The position numbers and the translations under genes are program-made. From the NCBI GenBank assembly GCA_963850365.1, contig CAWKKX010000051.1, positions 195,863-259,862 of the forward strand: a stretch of 64,000 bases of DNA. The letters are read 5' to 3'. The number at the start of each line of letters is the position of its first letter. Within the stretch, counting starts at the first letter, position 1. The DNA is from an uncultured Chloroflexia bacterium (lineage in GTDB: Bacteria; Chloroflexota; Ktedonobacteria; Ktedonobacterales; Ktedonobacteraceae). The notes beneath the pieces are model-generated. The model did no database searches, was not told the origin of the DNA, and saw only the letters and a list, made by a program, of their open reading frames with translations. Below, in pieces: positions 1 through 10,168 of the stretch.

Positions 1-2027
1 CATCAAGAGCAGAAGTAATAATCGAGCGAACCTGGGTTACCGCGTAGGCAGGTGTATATTCGTGTAGGATCTCTTCTAATTTAGGGTATGGATAAGAGGT
101 AACGCTCAGGCAGACAGAGATATCATCCAGTTCAACCATACTCTCAGGGCGTGTACGTTGATCAGAGAATACACGCAATGCATCCAGCTTATAAGTGCCG
201 AAGGCACCCACACGCAGACGTTCTGCGTGCTCACGTGTTTGTTCAAGCGACGTATTTTTGAGTACGATAAAGAAGCGATCTGCATAGATATGGTAGAGCT
301 GACAATCGGGATATTCCTTGAAGAAGGTACGAATTTGCTCTTGTAGACGTAGTCCCACTTCACGGGTAAGATTTCTCACCAGGCGGTCGCCGTACTTATT
401 TGCCAGGCTACTTTGCTTATCGATATCAAGCGCAATGAAAGAGATAGCTTTTTCAGTAAAATTATCCTCGCGCTGACCCAGTGTCACCTGCTTCTGAATT
501 GCAGTAAGGAGAGTTTCTACATCGTGATTAAAATCGTTCTCAGAGGCGAAGCCCTCAAAGAAAGTATCCACCAGGTCAGGATTTTTCACCATATCGGTCA
601 ATTTTTGTGTAACGTGCTGTCGTACGCGATACGTTTTGAGCAACTCCTCGATCATTCTGCACATAAAGCGCAGCAAGCGTTGATCGTCCAGCGTAAATGC
701 ATCAACAATATGAGAAGCGACATAGAGCACGCCAATCGAGAGCCCATCCTCGCCACCAATAGGAAGTGCAATCGCCGAGCGAATTGGTCGGTCGAGATCA
801 CGGAATGCAGTCGGTATATCGTCAGGTGGGATATCAGGTTGATAAAGAATGATGTCGGCTCTGCAAAGCTTTGAGATATGGATTATTTGCATGTTTATCT
901 GATGAGACAATGGACGATTTTGACTTAAAGAAAGGATTCTGATTCTGCCCACGGATCACCAGATTACTGAGTTGAAGGAACTGCGAAGAATCGCGTGGCA
1001 GAAGAATCCAACAAAAGCGCCAGCGTGGTTGTCCCTCTGGAGTTGTGTGCCCTAATTGTATAACCATATCAGAGAGACCATTTAAAATAACATCTTCATA
1101 GTTTGTGCTACTATCCAGATCGGTGGCCGAATCGAGCACATCGCGCATACCAGGCCCTAAGCACGCTCGTGAGCGCTCAGGGTCGGCGTAGAGAGGTTGT
1201 AAAAGGCTACGAATCGTCGTGACAACATCTTTGCTAAGAGTAAGAGGATTGGCTTCTCGTTGCACAATAATGAGCGTGTTATCTTTTCCCGGATCATCTT
1301 GCGGCACACCGGCCTTCATTATCTGGAGTGGTTCTATACGATAATCTGAACTATATTGGAAAGAAGGTCGTGAAGTGAGCAACGTATGTGACGAACCACT
1401 CTGGCTCAGCCAACCTACCAGCGACTCACCAAGTGTAGAAATATCATCGACACGCTGTATTGTGCTGATATTTATACCGGGCGCGAGGGGTAAAAGCAGA
1501 CCGGCAGTTATATGAGGGATATCTTCGCAAATTAACGTCAAAGCCAGGCGCAGGGCATGGGTAGCATAATAGCGCCAGAATAGATCTGTGCGGGCCTGAG
1601 CAATACGCAAGTTAATTGGCTGTTCGAGAAGATGGCTGGTTTGTGCCTGTAGAAGTGCTTCGTGGCCGTTTATAGGCACTACAGGTTCTCTGAGAGAGCG
1701 GATAGTATGCCAGACTTTATCGATATCAGGAGGAATGTCACTAGCTGAGTAGCCAGAATTAATCAACTCGCGAATGATAGCCAGTTTATCTAATTCTGAA
1801 GGAGTGTAGAGCCGGCGTCCTTTGGGGCCGCTGGGTCGCAGAGGATTGAGGAAGCCATACTCCTCCCAGTCGCGCAGCTTATTTTCGGTAATGCCGAATA
1901 AATCGGCGGCTCGACTAATCGTTACCGTCGCCTCATCACGCCCTTTATGAATATTTTGTAGAATTCGTTCTTGTACATCCTCTTTTTGAAGATGTTGTTG
2001 TATTGACTGCTTACTTCGCACATCCAT
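1..2027 (-). CDS. MerR-HTH / GAF / degenerate GGDEF regulator, copy 1 (frameshift near 850; runs off the left edge)
   Basis: N-terminal MerR HTH (VTISRAADLFGITENKLRDWEEYGFLNPLR...RRLYT). After ...QSRH the +1 frame continues without a stop to position 1 (IRSAIALPIGGEDGLSIGVLYVAS...ISFIALDID...YHIYADRFFIVL), collinear with the paralog at 4131..6281. Confidence 0.85.
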
Positions 2028-2295
2028 CTGCGCCTCCCGGAGATAGCAGAAAAAACTAAGGGCCGATGCAGCACATCTTCAATATACCATAATTGTAATT
2101 GTTTGTATACCTATTTTGTGCAAAAAAGATATGAGGTTTTTTGTTAGCTAGCATAAAAGAGCTATTGTTGTATGAGGATTTCTGTCTAGAAACAATCCAT
2201 ACTGAGGAAAACTGAGGAAAATATCAGGAAAGTTTATTTTTATGCCCTTTTGTTTTCTCATGGTCGGTAAAGTGTGGAAGTTTCCTTTCAAGGTA

Positions 2296-2324
2296 TTGAC
2301 AAAAATCTTCTTCTCATGTAACAT
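2296..2324 (+). promoter_or_regulatory. sigma70-type promoter for sigma-like gene 1
   Basis: TTGACA-17 bp-TAACAT in an AT-rich divergent intergenic region. Confidence 0.55.
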
Positions 2325-2522
2325 CTATAGTGGACACGACAATTTTCTTCTTACTTGTAAATCATCTTCGTTATTATCTTCTGTAAGCTGTTTCGGGCTG
2401 CAGCACATGTATAGAGAGTGCCAGGCATGCTGTATATCAAATGAAAATATCTGAAGCAAGAGTAGGCCGGAGATGTAGTAACATAAGATTGATTGGCTGA
2501 GGAAATGCGGGAGGTTTCGCTC

Positions 2523-3191
2523 ATGTTAACAGATGCTACAGTTGTTCATAAAGATGAGCTTGAAATGGTTGATGAGCAAACGTGGTACGATCTGTATATC
2601 TGGCTATTTCCTCTTGTTGAAATATGGGTACGAGATTCGCGCGTCTTATCCTGGTATGGACAACACAAAGAGATCGCTGAAGATATTGCACATGAGGCGG
2701 TGATGCGTGCATTTAGATATTACCAACGCTCATCTCGTGGTGAGATGCCTCCGATAGGATCTTTGAAAGCGCTGAGCCGGGTTATAGCACGCAACTACTT
2801 TCGGGATTGGCGAAAGAAAGACTGGTGTCTGGTGCGCCCAACGCTGTCTGATAGCGAATATCGTACTTATGATAGCTCTGGTATTACGTGCGAAGTTGCG
2901 GATGCATCGCAGATAGCACTTGATAGACTTATATTAGACTCTATTATTGCCACAGTTGCGCAAGTTGTTGTCAGGTTTCCACCAGGGCAAAAAACTGCTT
3001 TACTGACCGATCTGGCGAATCTGTCTGATCTGGATGGAGAGCCAACACGTCTGGAACAAGCTTTTTTGAACGTGGGAGTCCAGTTAAGTGATTACAAACG
3101 CCCTCGTCCTGAAGATCCTTCCATTCGTGGTAGAGATGCGGCTCTACGCAGCATTGCGTATAAGCGCCTGAAGCACGAGGTCAGACTATAA
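2523..3191 (+). CDS. Atypical ECF-like sigma-70 factor, copy 1
   Basis: Region-2 motifs AEDIAHEAVMRAF and IARNYFRDWRKK; FPPGQKTALL and AYKRLK flank a non-canonical region 4; GGAGG RBS before ATG 2523. Confidence 0.75.
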   Translation: MLTDATVVHKDELEMVDEQTWYDLYIWLFPLVEIWVRDSRVLSWYGQHKEIAEDIAHEAVMRAFRYYQRSSRGEMPPIGSLKALSRVIARNYFRDWRKKDWCLVRPTLSDSEYRTYDSSGITCEVADASQIALDRLILDSIIATVAQVVVRFPPGQKTALLTDLANLSDLDGEPTRLEQAFLNVGVQLSDYKRPRPEDPSIRGRDAALRSIAYKRLKHEVRL

Positions 3192-3212
3192 GCTGTAGTA
3201 CACAACCTTCCT

Positions 3213-3256
3213 GATATGCTAGCTAGGCCAGAAGTGCATCTACTAGCTAGCATATC
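3213..3256. terminator. Hairpin (14-bp arms) followed by a T-run after the sigma gene
   Basis: GATATGCTAGCTAG ... CTAGCTAGCATATC followed by TTTTT. Confidence 0.55.
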
Positions 3257-3365
3257 TTTTTCATAGAGAGTGGTGCATTTTCCATATTTCTGCTATGTAG
3301 AAATATGGAAAATGCACCACTCTCTATGAAAAAAAGAAAACGGAGTTCGCCCCGAAGGCGCGAAC
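3257..3365. repeat. Long perfect palindrome (35-bp arms) plus companion mini-hairpin
   Basis: Arms 3257-3291 and 3299-3333 are exact reverse complements; GTTCGCCCCGAAGGCGCGAAC follows. Confidence 0.9.
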
Positions 3366-3395
3366 GAACAGGTAAAGCATGTGAAAAAGGTATAA

Positions 3396-4091
3396 TTAGC
3401 ACGAGAGCAACTGAGATAAGTTGTCAGCCGTCGTCAGATCGGTTTGTCTATAGTTGCGTGCGTGAAACTCCTGAGTGAAGAGATGCTCTGCAAACTCGTT
3501 AACCCTCTCAACAAGGTTGGATAGTGGGCCAGTATTATAGAAAGTCGCAATTGTTTTATTGATACTGTACTCTGTTTTCAGCTCATCCATAAAGTATGTC
3601 GAATTGTCTTTACTATAATATGTGTGCATGATATAGTCTGAGACGAAATGATGCCCTAGTTGTGTTGGTTTAGTAGCACGTTTGTGTATACGCCGAATGC
3701 AGGTATCCAGGTTGGCTTCAACAAAGAATATGTAGGCGTCTTTTAGAAAGTCCGGGCTAAACGTGTGTAGGGCCTGACGATAATCATCCCGTGCGAACTC
3801 AATAGTAATAATCCCATCTTTCTCAGTTTGTAAAGCCGCCTGTGTTTGCCGCTCCAGAATTTCCAGGGCAGTATCAAAGACTGAATGTTCAAGAACGTCA
3901 AAGCCCCCATAATCGGTAGTGCGGAACTTTTCATGGAGCGTATCTTCTTGAGACATACGAGCGAGGATATCGTAATCATCTATACAAAGTGCTGAATATG
4001 CGTGGTGGTAGGCTATATTGCTAAGTTCATGAATTGCGGTCGTCTTACCGCTGCCAGGTCGGCCTAAGACAAATACCTTTATTAACATCAA
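3396..4091 (-). CDS. P-loop NMP-kinase-like protein
   Basis: Walker A GRPGSGKTT at the N-terminus, IITIEF strand and lid-like CIRRIHKR; lies 40 bp downstream of the MerR-GAF gene. Confidence 0.75.
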   Translation of the reverse strand: MMLIKVFVLGRPGSGKTTAIHELSNIAYHHAYSALCIDDYDILARMSQEDTLHEKFRTTDYGGFDVLEHSVFDTALEILERQTQAALQTEKDGIITIEFARDDYRQALHTFSPDFLKDAYIFFVEANLDTCIRRIHKRATKPTQLGHHFVSDYIMHTYYSKDNSTYFMDELKTEYSINKTIATFYNTGPLSNLVERVNEFAEHLFTQEFHARNYRQTDLTTADNLSQLLSC

Positions 4092-4130
4092 TCACACTCC
4101 TCCAACTTCCATCTGTTCTTTCTGATGTAT

Positions 4131-6281
4131 CTATTTTTTAGACTGTTCCTCCCCTGACTGATGCGGTATGTATGTGCTGGTCACAGAGTCCCAGGCATAG
4201 ACAATATTCCCTTTTGTATCTGCTCCCATTTTCAATGCAAAATCTAATGAATGATAAAGTGTTGAACGCACATCTACAACAGACCGCTTATAAGAGGGGT
4301 CGAAGAAATCAACAAGTTTTGCGTACGAATACCAGGTTACGCCCAGGTGTACAGACATCCCAGGTAGCATAAGCGTACCCCCTGGTAGATCTGATTGTTT
4401 AACTGCGATGCTCCCTTCTAACGCTTTACGCAGGCGTTCGGCATTATTTTTTGTCTTGCCAAGCGAAAAACCGCGTAGTAGGAGATAATAAACTCCACCA
4501 TAAATATGATAGAGCTTACAATTGAGATGATTTGAGAAAAGCGCAGGCAGAAGATCACGGATACGCAAGCCCAGCGCTTTATTGAGATTGTGTAAAGTCT
4601 GATCGCCGAAGCTATTCGCGACAGTTTCTTGTACACTGCTATCTACATCGATAGCGATAAACGAGATTTCTGAAATGAGGTCCTCGTGGCTGTGAAAGGA
4701 AGTGCCGAGTTTCTTTTGCTCCATGTCCATCCTGACATCAGTAAGGAGCACTTCAACGTCATCCAGAAAAACATTTTCAGAGGGAAAGGTTTTGAAAAAA
4801 GGGTCAGCGGAGCCAGGATCTTCGAGGATATCGGCCAGTTTTTCGGTGATCTGATGACGCAATTTGTATGTGTATAATAATTCTTCAATAATTTTCGCGA
4901 TAATCCTGAGGATACATTGGTCTTCCGGGGGAAAAGCCTCTGTATCCAGGGAGGTGATATAGAGCACGCCGAGCGGCTGGCCTGTTTCAGCCCCGATAGG
5001 TACTGCGATATTAGAGTGTATTGGCCCTTCTATCTCGCTGTAAGTGCTAATATCTTCACGCGAAAGCTTGCGGCGATAGATACTATTGCGGCTCTGGTAG
5101 GCACGCAGGCATAGACTTGAGCTATAACGTTCGGGCATAACTGTTGTCACGCCAATCGTATGGCGTGCATGTAGACTTTTGGCGCGTACAACGAGGCTGC
5201 GTTGCTGCAAGGGCAGGCGTGTATCGTTGGGCAGTAAGAGGCAGCAATCTTTCCAGCGCTCTTGACCATCAGGTTTTTTGCCACCCAGCTGGATTACAAT
5301 GTTTACCAGCCAGGTAAGCACAGCATCGACGAGTTTGGGCGTGAAATCCATATCCGGGTTAATTATGTCGCGCATACCTTCGCCCATGTAGTGATGCCAG
5401 TTTTGTCGATCTTCATAGAGCGGTTCTAACAAGCGCAGGATGGTTCTGATGGCTTTCTCATTATAATGGACGCGCTGGACCTCTTCGCGTTGTATAACGA
5501 GCTGTGTGCGATTGGCTATCGATTCTGGTAAGCGCTCTTGCAGTTCTGGCGGGCAAAGTGGTTGTATGCTATAGTCGCTCGGATATTCGAAAGATGGCGA
5601 TGATGTGAGAAAGGTGAAGAAAGAGCGTGTCTGTCCTAACCAGCCTACCAGGGCCTCGCCAATGTATTGTACGTGCGTTGTGTGGAGGTCTGAGAAGCTT
5701 TCACTGTTATCATATGCAGGTAGGATTAAGCCTGCATAAAGCCCTGGCACGTCTTCGTAGATCAATAACAGCGAGAGCCACAGAACGTGTGATGCATAAA
5801 ACCGCCAACCCAACATATCACGATACGCTGTGGTAATCCGCTTATTTATGTGCTCTTTATGCTGTTTGAATTCATTGTCCTGTTCTGGTTGCTCATGTAC
5901 AAACTTGCCGTTCGTCGCAGAAGTCGGAAGAGCAATTGCGTTCCAGAGTTCGTCAATATTTGGTGGAATCGAGCCAGGTGTCACGCGTGCTTCATCGAGG
6001 AGCTCCCGAATAATTGCGAGCTTATCTAACTCCGAGAAAGAGTACTGGCGTTGTCCGGTTGTATGTTTTGTATTAGTCCCTTCTCTGGGACGCAGTGGTT
6101 TAATCAGCCCCATCTTTTCCCAATCACGCAACTGGCTTTCGCTAAAGCCAAAGAGGCGTGCAGCCCTCCCAATTGTCACTGTGACTTCGTTCCGTCCACG
6201 TTGTATGTTCCGTTTTACACGTTGTTGTACCGCTTCATCTCTAAGATGTTTCGCGATTCTCAGCAAGTTGCGCTCATCCAT
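4131..6281 (-). CDS. MerR-HTH / GAF / degenerate GGDEF regulator, copy 2
   Basis: MerR HTH (TIGRAARLFGFSESQLRDWEKMGLIKP), GAF (IAVPIG...LGVLYITS...FPPEDQCIL), GGDEF-fold C-terminus (FIAIDVD...FGD...HIYGGVYYLLL...AERLR...VHLGV). Confidence 0.85.
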   Translation of the reverse strand: MDERNLLRIAKHLRDEAVQQRVKRNIQRGRNEVTVTIGRAARLFGFSESQLRDWEKMGLIKPLRPREGTNTKHTTGQRQYSFSELDKLAIIRELLDEARVTPGSIPPNIDELWNAIALPTSATNGKFVHEQPEQDNEFKQHKEHINKRITTAYRDMLGWRFYASHVLWLSLLLIYEDVPGLYAGLILPAYDNSESFSDLHTTHVQYIGEALVGWLGQTRSFFTFLTSSPSFEYPSDYSIQPLCPPELQERLPESIANRTQLVIQREEVQRVHYNEKAIRTILRLLEPLYEDRQNWHHYMGEGMRDIINPDMDFTPKLVDAVLTWLVNIVIQLGGKKPDGQERWKDCCLLLPNDTRLPLQQRSLVVRAKSLHARHTIGVTTVMPERYSSSLCLRAYQSRNSIYRRKLSREDISTYSEIEGPIHSNIAVPIGAETGQPLGVLYITSLDTEAFPPEDQCILRIIAKIIEELLYTYKLRHQITEKLADILEDPGSADPFFKTFPSENVFLDDVEVLLTDVRMDMEQKKLGTSFHSHEDLISEISFIAIDVDSSVQETVANSFGDQTLHNLNKALGLRIRDLLPALFSNHLNCKLYHIYGGVYYLLLRGFSLGKTKNNAERLRKALEGSIAVKQSDLPGGTLMLPGMSVHLGVTWYSYAKLVDFFDPSYKRSVVDVRSTLYHSLDFALKMGADTKGNIVYAWDSVTSTYIPHQSGEEQSKK

Positions 6282-6638
6282 CGCCTTCTCCCCCAATAAT
6301 GCGGATGTGCAACTCTTGTCCGCTTAAATACCCGCACATAATAACACACAACTTATCACTTTGTACACCTGTATATGACGTTTTGGCAAATGGTGTATTA
6401 AAAAACTGGCAGGAAGCATGAATAATTCTCAGGGTTTCATTACAAAATTTTAAGAAAAGAAAAGTAACTAGAATGACAAAATTTTTTTCTCATAACTTTT
6501 CTCATCTCTATGGGTAGAATTTGGCTTTCTAGCTTAAGAAAGTCATACTTGATATGAGGATTCCTGTGCGTGGTGGATGTCAATATGATGAATGCTTATG
6601 GAAAATTGAAAAATAGGGAGTTTCTTATGAAGAAAACA

Positions 6639-6667
6639 TTGAATTCATGAGTTAAGTATGCTATAAA
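6639..6667 (+). promoter_or_regulatory. sigma70-type promoter for sigma-like gene 2
   Basis: TTGAAT-17 bp-TATAAA with extended TGn. Confidence 0.5.
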
Positions 6668-6800
6668 ATCTACTACAGGGTGAAAATTTCATTAAAGTTT
6701 GATGCGATGGAGAAAATGCACTAAGGAGAATGGGTTTGGTGTGCTAGTGGATAATGTGGGCCTGGTAATTCTCAGCTAATCTCTCCAGGAGGAGGCACTC

Positions 6801-7478
6801 ATGATTATCTGTCAACCACATAGCGCTGATCGCTACGCTGTGAGCGATTATGTCTGGTGTGAATTGTATAGTGCGTTGCGTCCTTACATTCTGGGTTGGG
6901 TGTATTCTTCTGGTGTATCTTCATGGCATGGGCAGGAGAATGATATTGCGGATGATATTCTGCAGGAAGCAGTTATTCGGACACTAAAGTACACAAAGCT
7001 TGTAGAGAGTGGCCGAGGGCTTCCGATTAATTCTATGACCTGTTTTGGGCGGACGGTGGCACATAATCACTTCCGCGATTTACGGCGGCGCGAGATGCGT
7101 CTGGTACGTCCAACCATACAAGATGGAACAGAATCTATTTTCTTTGTGACACAGGATGAAGAGGAAGATCCTGCCGATATTGCGTTAGACAGGCTTATGC
7201 GCATCTCTTTATTGATGACACTTGCTCGTATTATCGTCGGTTTTCCGTCGAAACAGCGCACGGCTCTGCTTATTGATTTAGCGAATCACGCAGATCTAAG
7301 TGAGGAACAGAGCTATCTGCAAGCGGCTTTTTTAGAAGTTGGGATTGAGTTGCGCGATTACTGTTGTACGCTTTCTTCTGACCCCCTTGAGCGCAGCCGG
7401 CATGCGGCCTCGTTGAGTATTGCTTATAAGCGTCTCCGGCAAGTATTCAATCTGCAAGTTAATGATAATCTTTCCTAA
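6801..7478 (+). CDS. Atypical ECF-like sigma-70 factor, copy 2
   Basis: ADDILQEAVIRTL, VAHNHFRDLRRR, FPSKQRTALLIDLAN...SIAYKRL; clear paralog of 2523..3191; GGAGG RBS. Confidence 0.75.
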   Translation: MIICQPHSADRYAVSDYVWCELYSALRPYILGWVYSSGVSSWHGQENDIADDILQEAVIRTLKYTKLVESGRGLPINSMTCFGRTVAHNHFRDLRRREMRLVRPTIQDGTESIFFVTQDEEEDPADIALDRLMRISLLMTLARIIVGFPSKQRTALLIDLANHADLSEEQSYLQAAFLEVGIELRDYCCTLSSDPLERSRHAASLSIAYKRLRQVFNLQVNDNLS

Positions 7479-7482
7479 TTGA

Positions 7483-7565
7483 GTGCTCACACCTAAAGTG
7501 TGAGCACCTGTTTTTGTTTTTACATTATTTACATTTATGTAATAAAAATGTAAATAATGTAAAAA
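7483..7565. terminator. GC hairpin with T-run plus an AT-rich 20-bp inverted repeat between convergent genes
   Basis: GTGCTCACAC-CTAAA-GTGTGAGCAC followed by T-runs; TTTTTACATTATTTACATTT / AAATGTAAATAATGTAAAAA. Confidence 0.7.
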
Positions 7566-7597
7566 TGTCTGAAACACGGTAAAGCCGCGCTCATCAT

Positions 7598-9364
7598 TTA
7601 TTTCCGTTCGCGGTAGTGGTTTGTGATTGGTAGGCGGCGGTCGCGTCCAAAGGCACGGGGCGTGATTTTGATGCCGGGAGGAGCCTGGCGACGTTTGTAT
7701 TCGCTGATGTCTACCAGGTGCATGATGCGTTCGACTGTTTCCTTCTGGAAACCCATAGCTAGCATCTCTTCGAAGCTGCGATCTTCCTCGACGTAGGCTT
7801 GTAAAATAGGATCGAGCTCGCTATATGGCGGTAGGCTATCAACATCCTTCTGGTCGGGACGTAGCTCTGCTGAGGGGGGCTTGTCTATAACAGCCTGGGG
7901 GATAACAGGCTTATCGCCTATTGTATTGCGATAGGTACACAGCTCAAAGACGCGTGTCTTAAGGACATCTTTTAAAACTGCATAGCCACCGGCCATATCG
8001 CCATAGAGTGTGCTATACCCAGTGGCCATCTCGGATTTGTTGCCGGTGGTGAGGACCAAAGGCCCAAATCTATTCGAAATGGTCATGAGAATGTTGCCAC
8101 GAATGCGTGCTTGCAGGTTCTCAGCAGCAACCCCTGGATATTCCGTGCCCAGTGCAGGCTCCATCATACTGAGCGATGTACGGAATGTCTCTTCGATGGG
8201 GATCGTGATATAGCGGATGCCCAGGTTTTCTGCTAGCATTTGCGCATCACTCTTGCTGTGTGAGCTTGAATAGCCCGATGGCATTGAGATACCGGTCACA
8301 TTCTCAGGGCCAAGTGCATCGGCGGCGATAACTGCTACCAGTGATGAGTCGATGCCTCCCGAAAGGCCGATGATGACCTGTTTAAAACCTGTCTTGCGCA
8401 CATAGTCCCTGGTTCCCAGTACGAGTGCGGAATAGATCTCCTCCAGGCGATTCATCTTTGGCTCAAGTCTTTGTGGCGCGTCGAGCAAGGTAGCGGTATT
8501 GTTGATGGGTGGTGTGAGGGGGCGTGTATCCACAACAATCTCTGGCACATCTTCTTGCGGCGTACGTCGGCGTGCCTGACGGCGACGTGGATCGTGCAGG
8601 CGTGAGCGAAAGACCGACGCCGTGTCAACATCGACAATAAGCATGTCCTCGCTAAATTGTTTGCCACGGGCGATAAGCGCCCCTTGTTCATTAAAGACCA
8701 TACTGCCGCCGTCGAAGACTAGTTCGTCCTGCCCGCCAACCAGATTGAGATAAGCGATGATCACGCCATTGTCGGCCGCGCGGGTAGAGATCATCTCTTC
8801 GCGCACAGCTCCTTTTCCTGCGTAGTATGGTGAGCCATTGATATTGATAATGACTTCGGCCCCGGCGTGTGATTGTTGCGTTAAGGGACCTGTCGGGTAC
8901 CAGATATCTTCGCAGATGTTAATGCCAACATGTATGTCGTGGAGCAAAAAAATAGGGGCGGTCTGCCCGGCCTGAAAATAGCGATATTCATCAAAAACAC
9001 CGTAGTTAGGCAGGTAGTGTTTATGGTACACTCCAGCTAGTTGGCCCTGGTGGATAACTGCTGCCGCATTGTAAATATCATGATCGCGGTCTACAAAGCC
9101 AACTACTGCCGTTATTCCCGGTATGTCCTTGCTTGCTTGCACAATATCGTCGAGCTTACGCAGGTTTGCCGCTACAAATCCTGGTTTGAGGAGTAGATCT
9201 TCCGGTGGATAGCCAGGTAGGGCCAATTCAGGGAAACACACAATATGTGCACCAGCGTCCTGAGCCTGCTGCATTGAAGTTACTATTTGCCTGGCGTTTC
9301 CTTCAAGGTCGCCCACAGTTGTATTGATCTGGGCAAGCGCGATTCGTAGCGGTATGATATTCAC
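7598..9364 (-). CDS. nadE: Glutamine-dependent NAD+ synthetase
   Basis: CN-hydrolase domain (FPEL, YHKHYLPNYGVFDE, ICEDIW) plus NAD synthase domain (GLSGGIDS, TGNKSE, PPSAELRPDQ); GTG start after RBS. Confidence 0.95.
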   Translation of the reverse strand: MNIIPLRIALAQINTTVGDLEGNARQIVTSMQQAQDAGAHIVCFPELALPGYPPEDLLLKPGFVAANLRKLDDIVQASKDIPGITAVVGFVDRDHDIYNAAAVIHQGQLAGVYHKHYLPNYGVFDEYRYFQAGQTAPIFLLHDIHVGINICEDIWYPTGPLTQQSHAGAEVIININGSPYYAGKGAVREEMISTRAADNGVIIAYLNLVGGQDELVFDGGSMVFNEQGALIARGKQFSEDMLIVDVDTASVFRSRLHDPRRRQARRRTPQEDVPEIVVDTRPLTPPINNTATLLDAPQRLEPKMNRLEEIYSALVLGTRDYVRKTGFKQVIIGLSGGIDSSLVAVIAADALGPENVTGISMPSGYSSSHSKSDAQMLAENLGIRYITIPIEETFRTSLSMMEPALGTEYPGVAAENLQARIRGNILMTISNRFGPLVLTTGNKSEMATGYSTLYGDMAGGYAVLKDVLKTRVFELCTYRNTIGDKPVIPQAVIDKPPSAELRPDQKDVDSLPPYSELDPILQAYVEEDRSFEEMLAMGFQKETVERIMHLVDISEYKRRQAPPGIKITPRAFGRDRRLPITNHYRERK

Positions 9365-9553
9365 AATAGAGTTCCTTTCCGTTTTTGCTGAAACCTGCAT
9401 AACGTGCTATGCTCGCGGCAAAGATAGATAACGTAAATTTCATTTAGCCAGGCTCTGGCATCCTTTCATCATACGTTGAACTGATGAACACAGAATCCGC
9501 GCTACTGAATGAATAGTCATAAGGCTTTTTAAACATAAAGGAGTTTCTCTTCT

Positions 9554-10165
9554 ATGGAGGCGTTAGAATTTCTCGCTCTTGTTGTGCCTTTTCTCATTGT
9601 AGTCTATTTTACGTGTCTTTTATTTATACGTCCACCCAGGAAAGTATTTTTAGCATCACTACTGGCCGGGCTGATTGTCGGTATCGTCAATTTTGTCGTT
9701 GACTTTGTGGCTTACCAGGCTCACTGGTGGCAGTATACATTTGCTCCAGTAGCTTTACAGCGAGGCGCATCTCCCTTACAAACGCTGATTGCAGATCTCT
9801 TTGTCCAATCAATGGGAGTTTTGCATGTACCTCTGCCATTTTACCTTACTCCCAGCTTGATTTTTGGTAGCCTGGCCTTCCTCCTCATCTGGCGTTTCTG
9901 GCAAGGACGTAGCCATTGGTTCGCGTTATTGTTGCTGATCGGTACACCGATTTTCTGTATTGTACGCGATATTCTGGGAGGGGTCCAGAACACTGCGTAT
10001 CAGGTGTGGGAAAATACACCTCTTGCTATAATTATGACAATAGTGATGTGGCTGGTGGCTTTCTATCTGGGTTTCTGGGTATTCTGGCGTCTATCGGGAC
10101 ACATCAAATTTGTATCCCAAGCCTTTCAGTATCCTACGCGGATCGAAGAAGTGAAGAAAAGCTGA
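9554..10165 (+). CDS. Hypothetical multi-pass membrane protein
   Basis: About 5 hydrophobic segments; AAGGAG RBS. Confidence 0.75.
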   Translation: MEALEFLALVVPFLIVVYFTCLLFIRPPRKVFLASLLAGLIVGIVNFVVDFVAYQAHWWQYTFAPVALQRGASPLQTLIADLFVQSMGVLHVPLPFYLTPSLIFGSLAFLLIWRFWQGRSHWFALLLLIGTPIFCIVRDILGGVQNTAYQVWENTPLAIIMTIVMWLVAFYLGFWVFWRLSGHIKFVSQAFQYPTRIEEVKKS

Positions 10166-10168
10166 CAC

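Noticed and set aside
834-2027. Stand-alone 397-aa MerR protein
   Set aside because: The paralog-matching sequence continues in the +1 frame to the window edge, so this is one frameshifted gene.
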